Origin: Acidobacteriota bacterium | GTDB lineage: Bacteria; Acidobacteriota; Vicinamibacteria; Vicinamibacterales; SCN-69-37 | Direction of reading: 5' to 3' | DNA length: 64,000 nt | Assembly (NCBI GenBank): GCA_009694745.1 | Contig: SHUF01000001.1 | Coordinates: 12,914-76,913 of the forward strand | Notes under the pieces: generated by a model | Databases searched by the model: none | Told to the model about the DNA's origin: nothing | What the model saw: the letters and a program-made list of their open reading frames with translations, nothing else | Position numbers and translations under genes: made by a program | Shown: one piece after another, positions 1 to 7,791 of the stretch | Numbering within the stretch: the stretch's first letter is position 1 | Layout: every line of letters begins with the position of its first letter

Positions 1-718
1 CAGGATGTGAGGCAAACACGCCGCTCGGTTCTTTCAGGTCCTTGTTCCTGTCGGATAGGCGCGTGAAGAACGCACCCAGACCCGCCGGAGCGTACCCAAC
101 CTTGTTGGCGATCCTGATGCCCACCTGATCGGATTCGTTCTCGTCGTCTCGGTCGTACTGGTTCTCGAGCAGGTTGGCATAGGCGGCGTCGAGCATGAAC
201 TCCAACACGTTGCTGCGAGTCGCGGCTTCGACCGCGGCTCCGGAGAGCTTCTTGTTCTTGATTGCGTTGATCGTGTGTTTCGCTGTGATGTGGGTAATCT
301 CGTGACCGAGCACGCCCGCCAGTTCAGCTTCGTCCGCGATGAGCGCGAGTGCGCCGCGCGTGATGTGCACGAAGCCGCCGGGCGCCGCAAACGCGTTGAC
401 GCCGTCGGTGTCGAGCACGATGAACGTCCACGTGAGGTTGGGCCTGGTGCTCGACGATGCCACCACGCGGCCCACCAGCGACACGTACTTGTGCACGGCG
501 GCGTCCTGCACCACGCCGTACTTCTGGCGCAGGCGGGTGCTGATGGCCGCACCCATATCCTTTTCTTCCTGTTCGGTGATGACGAGGTCCTTGATTTGGT
601 CGGCCAGACTCTTGGCCTTGCTCAGCTTGCCGACCGCCTGCCCGAGTTTGCCGAGCTGTGCCGCTGCCGGCGCCGCGACCGCAAACATCAGCACACTGAT
701 GAACAGCACCCGTCTCAT
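1..718 (-). CDS. M48 family zinc metallopeptidase, secreted (partial; C-terminus lies beyond window start)
   Basis: My own minus-strand translation from ATG (718-716) gives signal peptide MRRVLFISVLMFAVAAPAAAQ, then ...AELAGVLGHEITHITAKH (HExxH) and ...ENESDQVGIRIA. The frame stays open to base 1, so it is missing from the complete-ORF track. ATGA stop/start overlap with the upstream cyclase. Confidence 0.8.
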   Translation of the reverse strand, partial: MRRVLFISVLMFAVAAPAAAQLGKLGQAVGKLSKAKSLADQIKDLVITEQEEKDMGAAISTRLRQKYGVVQDAAVHKYVSLVGRVVASSSTRPNLTWTFIVLDTDGVNAFAAPGGFVHITRGALALIADEAELAGVLGHEITHITAKHTINAIKNKKLSGAAVEAATRSNVLEFMLDAAYANLLENQYDRDDENESDQVGIRIANKVGYAPAGLGAFFTRLSDRNKDLKEPSGVFASHP

Positions 719-2730
719 GAACGCCCCCCTATGACCTCATGCACCACGATCGCCTGGGCCTTGCCCTTCACCGTAATCGCACCAATCTCTCGCGTCGGCA
801 CATCCGTCGTCAGCCTCAACCTGACGGCCTCGCTGATGAGGATCCGCACGCCGTGCTCCTTGGTCGCCGATTCGAGGCGCGACCCCAGATTGACCGAGTC
901 TCCGATGACCGTATAACTCATGACCGTGTCGGACCCGATGTTACCCGCAATCATGTCTCCGGAGTTGATGCCAATCCCAATATCCACGGTGGGCATGCCG
1001 CGAGCCTTCCAGTCGGCGTTGAGCCGGTTCAGCTCCTGAACCATCTCGAGGGCCGCGGCCACGGCATGGTCAGCGTGGTGCGGGTCGGTCACAGGTGCGC
1101 CGAACAGGCCCATCACCATGTCTCCCACGAACTTGTCCAGCGTGCCCTGATGGCGGAACAGGACGGCCACCATCGCGGAGAAGTACTCGTTGAGCTGCGC
1201 CACCACGGCTTCGGGCGTGGCCTTTTCCGAGGCGGTCGTAAACCCGCGAATATCTGAAAAGAGTACCGTCATTTCACGGCGCTGCCCACCCAGTCGCGCA
1301 AGCGACGGGTCGGCCACAAGATGCGCAAACACATCGGGTGACACATACCGGCCGAACAGCTGCTTCATCAGGCGCTTCTGCCGGTCCTCTACGAAGTACT
1401 GCCAGGCGGTGCCGCCAAACGTCGCCAAGGCGAGCCCCATCACCGGCGTTACCAGGTCCACCCACACGCCGGCGCCAACGGCTGCGGTCGTCGCCCAGAC
1501 GAGGAGCCCGCCCAGGACCAGGACCACGCCCACCGCCCAGCCAACAGGCAGAACCACGGCCACGACTCCGGCCACGAGGCTGACGCCGCCGGTGGTCAAG
1601 ACGTCCACGGCGGAGCCCGCTTTGCGCATGAACCGCTGCGACAGCACGTCATCCGCTGTCGCGGCGTGAAGCTGGACCCCCGGCATGGCCGGGCCGCCGT
1701 ACGGCGACGGATACGTGTCCTTCAGGCCGGGCGCGGTGGCGCCGATGAACACGTACTTGCCGCGGAACTCGGCTGGGTCTACCAGCGGCGCCGCGCCGTT
1801 GAGCAACAGGTCTTCGGAGCGCAACAGGTCTATGAACGAATAGGCCGGATATGTGCGTTGCCCTTCCGCATCTGCATACGGCCCGTGCAACCGAAGGAGC
1901 ATCTGACGCGAGGGCACTTCTTCGCCGGTGGCTGAGCGCGCGGGTGCGGAGCGCAGTGGCACACGCGCGGAGCCCACCTGCAGGATCGACTGGTCCAACG
2001 ACACCGCCGAGACCGGCATACGATCGACGGCCAGGAAGGCCGCCAGTCCGAGCCAGGGCACCGGCCGTCCCTGGGCAACCACGAACGGCAGCACCCGGCG
2101 CGCCGTACCGTCGGGATCAAGTTCCAGCATGGTGTGGCCGACGCCCGCGCTTGCCGCGGCGAGGTCGGCAAACGGCAGGCGCAGGTGCGGCCGCACATAG
2201 AAGCCGGGCCCCGGGTCGTAGTTCACGCCGGGCAGCGGCGGCGCCGCAGGCACCGGTGAGTCCGAAGATGATGAGCCCTCGAAGATGGCTTCGGCGGCGA
2301 GTACGACATTTCCCGCGCGCCGGACGCTTTCGACGAGCGCAGCATCCGACTCCGCGCCCGACATCGTGGCCCCGCTGTCTCCCAGCGGAAACGCTCCACG
2401 GAGATCCCGGTCCACAAACAGCACGTCGTAGGCGATGGATTTCGCCTGCCCGCGCGCCAGAAAGTCCACCACGGCCGAATGCACCAGCCGAGGCCACGGC
2501 CACCGACCGAACGTGGGCTCCAGTAATCGCAACGACGACTCGTCGATCTCGACGATGACCATGTCCTGATGTGCGCCGCCGCCGTGCGCCAGACGGGTGT
2601 TATGGGTGGCCACGAGCCGGCGGTCGTACGTGGAGAGCTCCTGGTCCGTGAAGACCCGAAACAGGCCTAGGCCGAAGGCCAGCGCCCACGCCACGCCGCC
2701 AATGGCGAGACCGATCGCGACTTTTCTCAT
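715..2730 (-). CDS. CHASE2 sensor domain-containing class III adenylate/guanylate cyclase
   Basis: 671-aa ORF. N-terminal TM, then a periplasmic region with IVEIDESSL...FGRWPWPR typical of CHASE2, then a TM cluster. C-terminal cyclase core: VLFSDIRGFT, FVGDMVMGLFGAP, GINSGDMIAGNIGS. Confidence 0.85.
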   Translation of the reverse strand: MRKVAIGLAIGGVAWALAFGLGLFRVFTDQELSTYDRRLVATHNTRLAHGGGAHQDMVIVEIDESSLRLLEPTFGRWPWPRLVHSAVVDFLARGQAKSIAYDVLFVDRDLRGAFPLGDSGATMSGAESDAALVESVRRAGNVVLAAEAIFEGSSSSDSPVPAAPPLPGVNYDPGPGFYVRPHLRLPFADLAAASAGVGHTMLELDPDGTARRVLPFVVAQGRPVPWLGLAAFLAVDRMPVSAVSLDQSILQVGSARVPLRSAPARSATGEEVPSRQMLLRLHGPYADAEGQRTYPAYSFIDLLRSEDLLLNGAAPLVDPAEFRGKYVFIGATAPGLKDTYPSPYGGPAMPGVQLHAATADDVLSQRFMRKAGSAVDVLTTGGVSLVAGVVAVVLPVGWAVGVVLVLGGLLVWATTAAVGAGVWVDLVTPVMGLALATFGGTAWQYFVEDRQKRLMKQLFGRYVSPDVFAHLVADPSLARLGGQRREMTVLFSDIRGFTTASEKATPEAVVAQLNEYFSAMVAVLFRHQGTLDKFVGDMVMGLFGAPVTDPHHADHAVAAALEMVQELNRLNADWKARGMPTVDIGIGINSGDMIAGNIGSDTVMSYTVIGDSVNLGSRLESATKEHGVRILISEAVRLRLTTDVPTREIGAITVKGKAQAIVVHEVIGGRS

Positions 2731-2813
2731 CGACCTGTGAAGAGTAGACCGAAAGCAGCCTCGGGGGCGCAGCCCAGCCGAAGCCGCGAGCGAAGCGAGC
2801 GTTTGGCGAAGGC

Positions 2814-2888
2814 TGGTAGCGGTACGGGGATTCGAACCCCGGTTCTGTGGTTGAGAACCACATGTCCTAACCCCTAGACGATACCGCC
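2814..2888 (-). tRNA. tRNA-Glu (anticodon CUC), CCA encoded
   Basis: Hand-folded cloverleaf of the reverse complement: GGCGGTA-TC-GTCT-AGGGGTTA-GGAC-A-TGTGG-TTCTCAA-CCACA-GAAC-CGGGG-TTCGAAT-CCCCG-TACCGCT-A-CCA. 75 nt, G1:U72 wobble. Confidence 0.85.
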
Positions 2889-2987
2889 ATGGATGGGGCC
2901 GGTCCCGGCCCTAACAGGAACACTGAAAGTAGCATCGTGGCGAGAAGGTGGTCAAGTCAGAGATAATCGACAGGTTCGAGTGCCGCC

Positions 2988-3746
2988 ATGACTTTCATCC
3001 GTTTTTCTGCCGCCGCCCTGCTCCTGACCCTGGCCGCCTGCTCACCCGCGCCCACGCCGGCCGCCCCGCCACCGGCTGCCGGCGGTAAGAGGGTAGACAG
3101 CGCCACCGCCGGTTCGGTGACCGGTCGCATCACGTTCATAGGACAGATCCCGAAACCTGAACTGCTGCGGATGGGCAAGGACGCGGCGTGTGTGGCCGGC
3201 GCCGGGCCCAACCCGCAGAGCGACGCTGTGCTGGTGGGCGCGGATGGCGGGCTCAAGAACGTGTTTGTCCACGTGAAGGCCACATTCGACGAATACACCT
3301 TCGACACGCCCACTCAGGCGATCACGATGGACCAGAAGGGGTGCATGTATGCGCCGCGGGTGTTCGGCGTGCGCGTGGGCCAGCCGATTGAAATCCTGAA
3401 CAGCGACGCCACCGTGCATAACGTGCATGCGCTGCCGATGCGCAACCAGGAGTTCAACGAGAGCCAGCCGCGCGCCGGGATGCGCACGACGAAGATCTTC
3501 ACCGTGCCCGAAGTCATGGTGCGATTCAAGTGCGACTTCCATGGATGGATGGCCGCGCACGTGGGCGTGATGAGCCATCCGTTCTTCGCGGTCACCGACG
3601 CTGCCGGCGCATTCGACCTCAAGGGCCTGCCGCCGGGCACGTACACCATTGAGGCCTGGCACGAGACGTTTGGCACGCGCACGCAGCAGGTCACGATCGC
3701 CGCAGGCAGCCTGCAGAGCGTGATGCTGGCCTTCGGCCCTGCCTGA
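2988..3746 (+). CDS. Cupredoxin-like copper-binding lipoprotein with C-terminal CarboxypepD_reg-like beta-sandwich
   Basis: Lipobox LLLTLAAC. Type-1 copper-like ligand pattern: His in TVHNVH, then C-x2-H-x2-M in KCDFHGWM. C-terminal FDLKGLPPGTYTIEAWHE resembles carboxypeptidase-regulatory-like folds. Confidence 0.6.
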   Translation: MTFIRFSAAALLLTLAACSPAPTPAAPPPAAGGKRVDSATAGSVTGRITFIGQIPKPELLRMGKDAACVAGAGPNPQSDAVLVGADGGLKNVFVHVKATFDEYTFDTPTQAITMDQKGCMYAPRVFGVRVGQPIEILNSDATVHNVHALPMRNQEFNESQPRAGMRTTKIFTVPEVMVRFKCDFHGWMAAHVGVMSHPFFAVTDAAGAFDLKGLPPGTYTIEAWHETFGTRTQQVTIAAGSLQSVMLAFGPA

Positions 3747-3747
3747 A

Positions 3748-4623
3748 ATGCCGTCCACACCTTCGCGCGTAGCCGATTGGATCACGCTCGCCAAGATCCG
3801 GGTGAATACCCTGGTCGTTGCCACCACCGCGGGCGGTTACTACATGGCCACGCCTGGCGACGTGGATCTGGCGCGCCTAGCGATCACGTGCGTCGGCACG
3901 GCGCTTGTGGCTGGCGGCGCAGCCGCGTTTAACCAGGTCAGCGAGCGCGATACCGATGCCCTGATGGACCGCACCAGGAACCGGCCCGTGGCGGGGCTCC
4001 GGATGTCGCCGCGCGAAGGCCGCATCGTCGCCGCAGTACTTTCGGCCGCCGGATTGGGCATCCTGGGTGCCGCAGTGAGCATGCTGGCGATGTGGGTGGC
4101 ACTAGCCACGCTGTTCAGCTACGTCCTCTGTTACACGCCGCTCAAGCGGTATACGTCCTTTTCAACCGTGGTTGGCGCCGTGCCTGGCGCGTTGCCGCCG
4201 ATGATCGGCTGGGCCGCCGCGCGCGGGTCGATCGACGAACTGGCGGGCTGGTCGTTGTTCTTCATCATGTTCATCTGGCAACTGCCGCACTTCCTGGCCA
4301 TCGCGTGGATCTACCGCGAAGACTACGGCCGCGCGGGCCTGCCGATGTTGCCGGTGATCGATCACTCGGGCGCGATGACCGGCCGGCAAATGGCCCTCTG
4401 GGCCGCCACCCTCGTTCCGGTCAGCGTCATGCCCACAGTGGTGAACCTGGCCGACCAGACGTACGGCATCGGCGTGCTGATTCTCGGGCTGATGCAGTTT
4501 GCCCTGACCGTTCGCTTCGCCTGGTCGCGCACGAAGGCCAACGCGCGCGTGGTATTCTACGCGTCCATTATTTATCTGCCACTCCTGTGGGCCTTGATGG
4601 CGCTGGCGAAATTAGGAAATTAG
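3748..4623 (+). CDS. ctaB: Protoheme IX farnesyltransferase (heme O synthase)
   Basis: Starts 1 nt after the upstream stop. UbiA-family polytopic membrane protein. N-terminus DWITLAKIRVNTLVVATT and motif NQVSERDTDALMDRTRNRP are typical of CtaB/CyoE. Confidence 0.85.
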   Translation: MPSTPSRVADWITLAKIRVNTLVVATTAGGYYMATPGDVDLARLAITCVGTALVAGGAAAFNQVSERDTDALMDRTRNRPVAGLRMSPREGRIVAAVLSAAGLGILGAAVSMLAMWVALATLFSYVLCYTPLKRYTSFSTVVGAVPGALPPMIGWAAARGSIDELAGWSLFFIMFIWQLPHFLAIAWIYREDYGRAGLPMLPVIDHSGAMTGRQMALWAATLVPVSVMPTVVNLADQTYGIGVLILGLMQFALTVRFAWSRTKANARVVFYASIIYLPLLWALMALAKLGN

Positions 4624-4642
4624 GATCTGGGGAACTGACTAA

Positions 4643-5071
4643 ATGATCTCAGTAAGCGATCTTCCGACACTGAACGCGTCGCTGAATGCGCTGTGCACGG
4701 TGCTGCTTGTCATTGCGTACTTCCACATCCGGGCGCGGCGCATTGAACAGCATCGCAAGACGATGCTGGCGGCGTTTGGGACGTCGGTGCTGTTCCTGAT
4801 TTCCTACGTGATCTATCACGCGCAGGTGGGGTCGAAGCCGTTCCCGGGCACCGGTGTGCTGCGCACGATCTACTTCGTCATTCTGGTTCCGCACATCATC
4901 CTGGCGGTTGCTGTGGTACCGCTCGCACTCATGACGCTGCGGCGAGGACTAAAGCGCGATGATGCCCGCCATCGCGCCATCGCGCGGTGGACGCTGCCCA
5001 TCTGGCTGTTTGTCTCGGTGACCGGCGTTATCGTTTATCTGATGTTGTACTGGCCACCACCCGCTGCCTGA
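4643..5071 (+). CDS. DUF420 family membrane protein (CtaM-like)
   Basis: 142 aa, about four TM helices. LPTLNASLNALCTVLLVIAYFHIRARRIEQHRKTMLAAF matches the DUF420 pattern, a family commonly linked to heme-copper oxidase genes. Confidence 0.7.
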   Translation: MISVSDLPTLNASLNALCTVLLVIAYFHIRARRIEQHRKTMLAAFGTSVLFLISYVIYHAQVGSKPFPGTGVLRTIYFVILVPHIILAVAVVPLALMTLRRGLKRDDARHRAIARWTLPIWLFVSVTGVIVYLMLYWPPPAA

Positions 5072-6479
5072 GGTTAGCCACCGTCAGGGCGGTGTTGTTG
5101 AGCGCGCGATGGTCATCGGCGTCGCACGGGTTCGTCGTGAGGACGCCAGCAACGCAGTCAGAGCGAGTGCCGCCCGGAACGCCCATCGCCTCCCCAGGCA
5201 GGAACCAGAGATTGCCGCGGCAGGCGAAACTTCCCCCGGTGCAGAACGGGTTCAGCCGATTGTCAGGATTCGCCCAGGCCAGCAGCCGCGTGCAGTTGAA
5301 CCCCTGCACGGCGCAGGCGTCGTTATACGACATGACCGTGCGCCACCGTTGTCCCACGCGAGTGTTGTTGTAGCCGTGGGCGTAGGTGTAAGGAAAAATG
5401 GACGGGCTCACGTACCAGTCGTGTTGCGCCCCCATGTTGTGCCCCCACTCGTGGGCAACGGTCAGGCCAGGGGTGACACAAACAGTATCGGTGACGCTGT
5501 AGCCGAATGGGTCGAACGCGGCGCTCACGGTGGACATCACATAGGCAATTCCGCAGGCATCGGCGCCGCTCGACGGATGAACCAGCATCATCACAAGGTC
5601 GGCACCGAACTGGTTGCGGAGCGCGGGCACACCGCTCAGCGGACCTAGGCCCTGGCGGAGGCTCGTGAGGTTCGTGCTGAACGAACCGACTTCGGTGTAT
5701 TCCACCAGGGCGCTATGCACCAGGCGCACCCGATGCTTGACGTCGCTGTTCGCATACGTCGTGTTGGTCTCGCTGATGCCGATGTTGATGAGGTTGGCCA
5801 TTCCTGCCGCGCCGCCCGCGTGCTGCCGCGCCAATGCGGTATAGACCACCATCACATCAATGATGTCGGCCGTGTCAGTGATGTTGCGATCGGCTGCGGC
5901 GGCAAACGCTTCGGGTGAGTACGTGGGTTCGAGCGGATCCGCCTCCCGTGGAAGCGCGGCTTGATCCACCTGCGAGATCACGTGCACTTCGCCCGCAGGC
6001 TGGGGATTGGCGGCCCGTGACTCCGCCGACGCCGGACGAATGTTGAACGTGCCTGACGGCATCACGACACTGCCGGCCAGAAGACCTCCGCCATACACCA
6101 GGGTGACTGAACTCCCCGCGACACCATCCACGTGCCCCACCCATGTCACACCGGACGTGTTGGAATCAAAACGCTCGAACACCGCGACGATAGAGACGTC
6201 GGGAAAGAGTTCGAGCCACAAGGACGGCTCGCGGACCAGTTGCCGGCGGGTCCGGGGATCCGGCAGCGTGTTGACGTCAAGCGCCACCGCGCGCGACCGC
6301 GTGACGCTGGGATCGCCGGCGGCGAGGATTTGGTTCAGGGCCGCGGCCGGCAACAGCGCATCGTTCGACAGCGGACTCGACGACGCCTGCACAGGCCCCA
6401 GCCACGACGGGCTCAGCGCCACCATCAGGCCGGCTCCGACCAGCACCCCTGCGCGAACCAGCGAGAAAAATTTGCCCAT
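5028..6479 (-). CDS. Secreted zinc metalloprotease, metzincin (reprolysin/M12B-like)
   Basis: 483 aa with signal peptide MGKFFSLVRAGVLVGAGLMVAL. Extended zinc motif VAHEWGHNMGAQHD (HExxHxxGxxH). Confidence 0.75.
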   Translation of the reverse strand: MGKFFSLVRAGVLVGAGLMVALSPSWLGPVQASSSPLSNDALLPAAALNQILAAGDPSVTRSRAVALDVNTLPDPRTRRQLVREPSLWLELFPDVSIVAVFERFDSNTSGVTWVGHVDGVAGSSVTLVYGGGLLAGSVVMPSGTFNIRPASAESRAANPQPAGEVHVISQVDQAALPREADPLEPTYSPEAFAAAADRNITDTADIIDVMVVYTALARQHAGGAAGMANLINIGISETNTTYANSDVKHRVRLVHSALVEYTEVGSFSTNLTSLRQGLGPLSGVPALRNQFGADLVMMLVHPSSGADACGIAYVMSTVSAAFDPFGYSVTDTVCVTPGLTVAHEWGHNMGAQHDWYVSPSIFPYTYAHGYNNTRVGQRWRTVMSYNDACAVQGFNCTRLLAWANPDNRLNPFCTGGSFACRGNLWFLPGEAMGVPGGTRSDCVAGVLTTNPCDADDHRALNNTALTVANLRQRVVASTTSDKR

Positions 6480-6509
6480 GCTCTGCCTCCGACCGTTATT
6501 ATACTGCGC

Positions 6510-7643
6510 ATGCTGACTTCGCCCCGATCCGTTCGCCGGTCCGCCACGCGAGTCTTCGCCACGCTGAGCGCCATCGCTCTTGTCGGGTTGTGGCCGTCAA
6601 CCGCCCAGGCGCAGAACGCGGCTCGGTCCGGCAAGTGGACGATTGAACTCTACGGCGGCGCGTCCTCCTCATCGTCATCCTCGAGCGCAGGCGCGGTGCC
6701 AACGTTTGCCCCAGGCACACCGTTCACCACCGAATCCGGGCAACCCAGCCGCGCCGTGTCGTCGTGGTACTTCGGCGACGGTGCGGGACTTGTGAATCAG
6801 GTGCAGGCCCGCTTCGCCGCCATCACCGGCACACCATTCCCCGAAATCACACCGCTGGACTCGGCGTTAGGCGGCAACGGCGGCAGCCGCAAGAGCGGCG
6901 GCGCGTTTGGCATTCGCGTGGGACGCGCGCTGACGTCGAAGCTCAGCCTCGAATTCAGCGCGGAGCGCAGCCTGGCGAAGCTGGCATTGAGCGGCGCCCT
7001 GCAGGATGCGCTGAAAGCCAGCAGCGAGAGCTTCGAGGCGGCATTCCAGTCGTTGCTCAGCACGGCGCCGGTCACAAACCTGACGGTCACGTCACAGCTC
7101 ACCACACCCGACCGGGCGAACAGTCAGACCAGAGTCGCGGGCGCGGTGAAGTGGACGGTCCTGAGCGGCAGCAAGCTGGAGGCGTATCTGACGGCGGGTG
7201 GCGGAATGATGCTCAACAGCGGCCAGGGCCCTCAGGCGATCCTCAACGGCCGCTACACGTTCAGACTCTTCGGCGCGTTCCTGATGGACGAGACCGACCG
7301 GGTGGTGGTGAGCGTGACTCAGCCGAAGAACAACGCGATGGGCCTTGTCGGCGGCGGGTTCACATACGACCTCTCTGCGCGCACAGGAATACGGGCCGAC
7401 GTGCGCTTGCTCGTGAACTCCACGAAGGAAGTGACGAAACTGACCGCAGCGCCTGCCGTGGCCACGGCCACGGCCAGCACCACCGGCGTGTTGCCCTCGG
7501 TCACGAACCCCGGGATTCAGTTCAGCACGCAACCCAACGTGCGGTCGACATTGAGTGGACCAAATCTGAACCTCACGTTGTTTGAAGGCTCGGGCACCAA
7601 CAGGCAGGTGGCGGTGACAATCGGAGTCTTCACACGATTTTGA
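6510..7643 (+). CDS. Putative outer-membrane beta-barrel protein
   Basis: In-frame ATG at 6510 gives signal peptide MLTSPRSVRRSATRVFATLSAIALVGLWPSTAQA. The listed 6132 start lies antisense to the protease gene. Alternating amphipathic strands and a terminal Phe (...GVFTRF). Confidence 0.6.
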   Translation: MLTSPRSVRRSATRVFATLSAIALVGLWPSTAQAQNAARSGKWTIELYGGASSSSSSSSAGAVPTFAPGTPFTTESGQPSRAVSSWYFGDGAGLVNQVQARFAAITGTPFPEITPLDSALGGNGGSRKSGGAFGIRVGRALTSKLSLEFSAERSLAKLALSGALQDALKASSESFEAAFQSLLSTAPVTNLTVTSQLTTPDRANSQTRVAGAVKWTVLSGSKLEAYLTAGGGMMLNSGQGPQAILNGRYTFRLFGAFLMDETDRVVVSVTQPKNNAMGLVGGGFTYDLSARTGIRADVRLLVNSTKEVTKLTAAPAVATATASTTGVLPSVTNPGIQFSTQPNVRSTLSGPNLNLTLFEGSGTNRQVAVTIGVFTRF

Positions 7644-7650
7644 GTCGTCC

Positions 7651-7791
7651 TGGGTCCAGAGTCCAGAGTCCAGAGTTCGATGTGCCTGCGCCGTTCGGCG
7701 CAGGGGCATCAGTTAGAAATGAAGACCCGGCGAAGCCGGCACCGGGAACTCTGGACCCAGGACTCTGGACCCTGGACCCTGGACCCTGGAC
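7651..7791. repeat. Long imperfect inverted repeat built from GTCCAGA/YCWGGAC heptads, enclosing two GC hairpins
   Basis: Left arm 7651-7678 has 3 heptads GTCCAGA. Right arm 7746-7791 has 6 heptads (TCTGGAC, CCAGGAC, TCTGGAC, CCTGGAC x3). GAACTCTGGAC is exactly complementary between the arms. Inner hairpin CCTGCGCC-GTTC-GGCGCAGG at 7685-7704. Sits between convergent genes. Confidence 0.8.

Noticed and set aside
5028-5071. 44-nt convergent 3' overlap of the DUF420 and metalloprotease genes as a regulatory antisense arrangement.
   Set aside because: Both stops are fixed, but such overlaps arise easily in GC-rich DNA with rare stop codons. No structure or conservation evidence is available.
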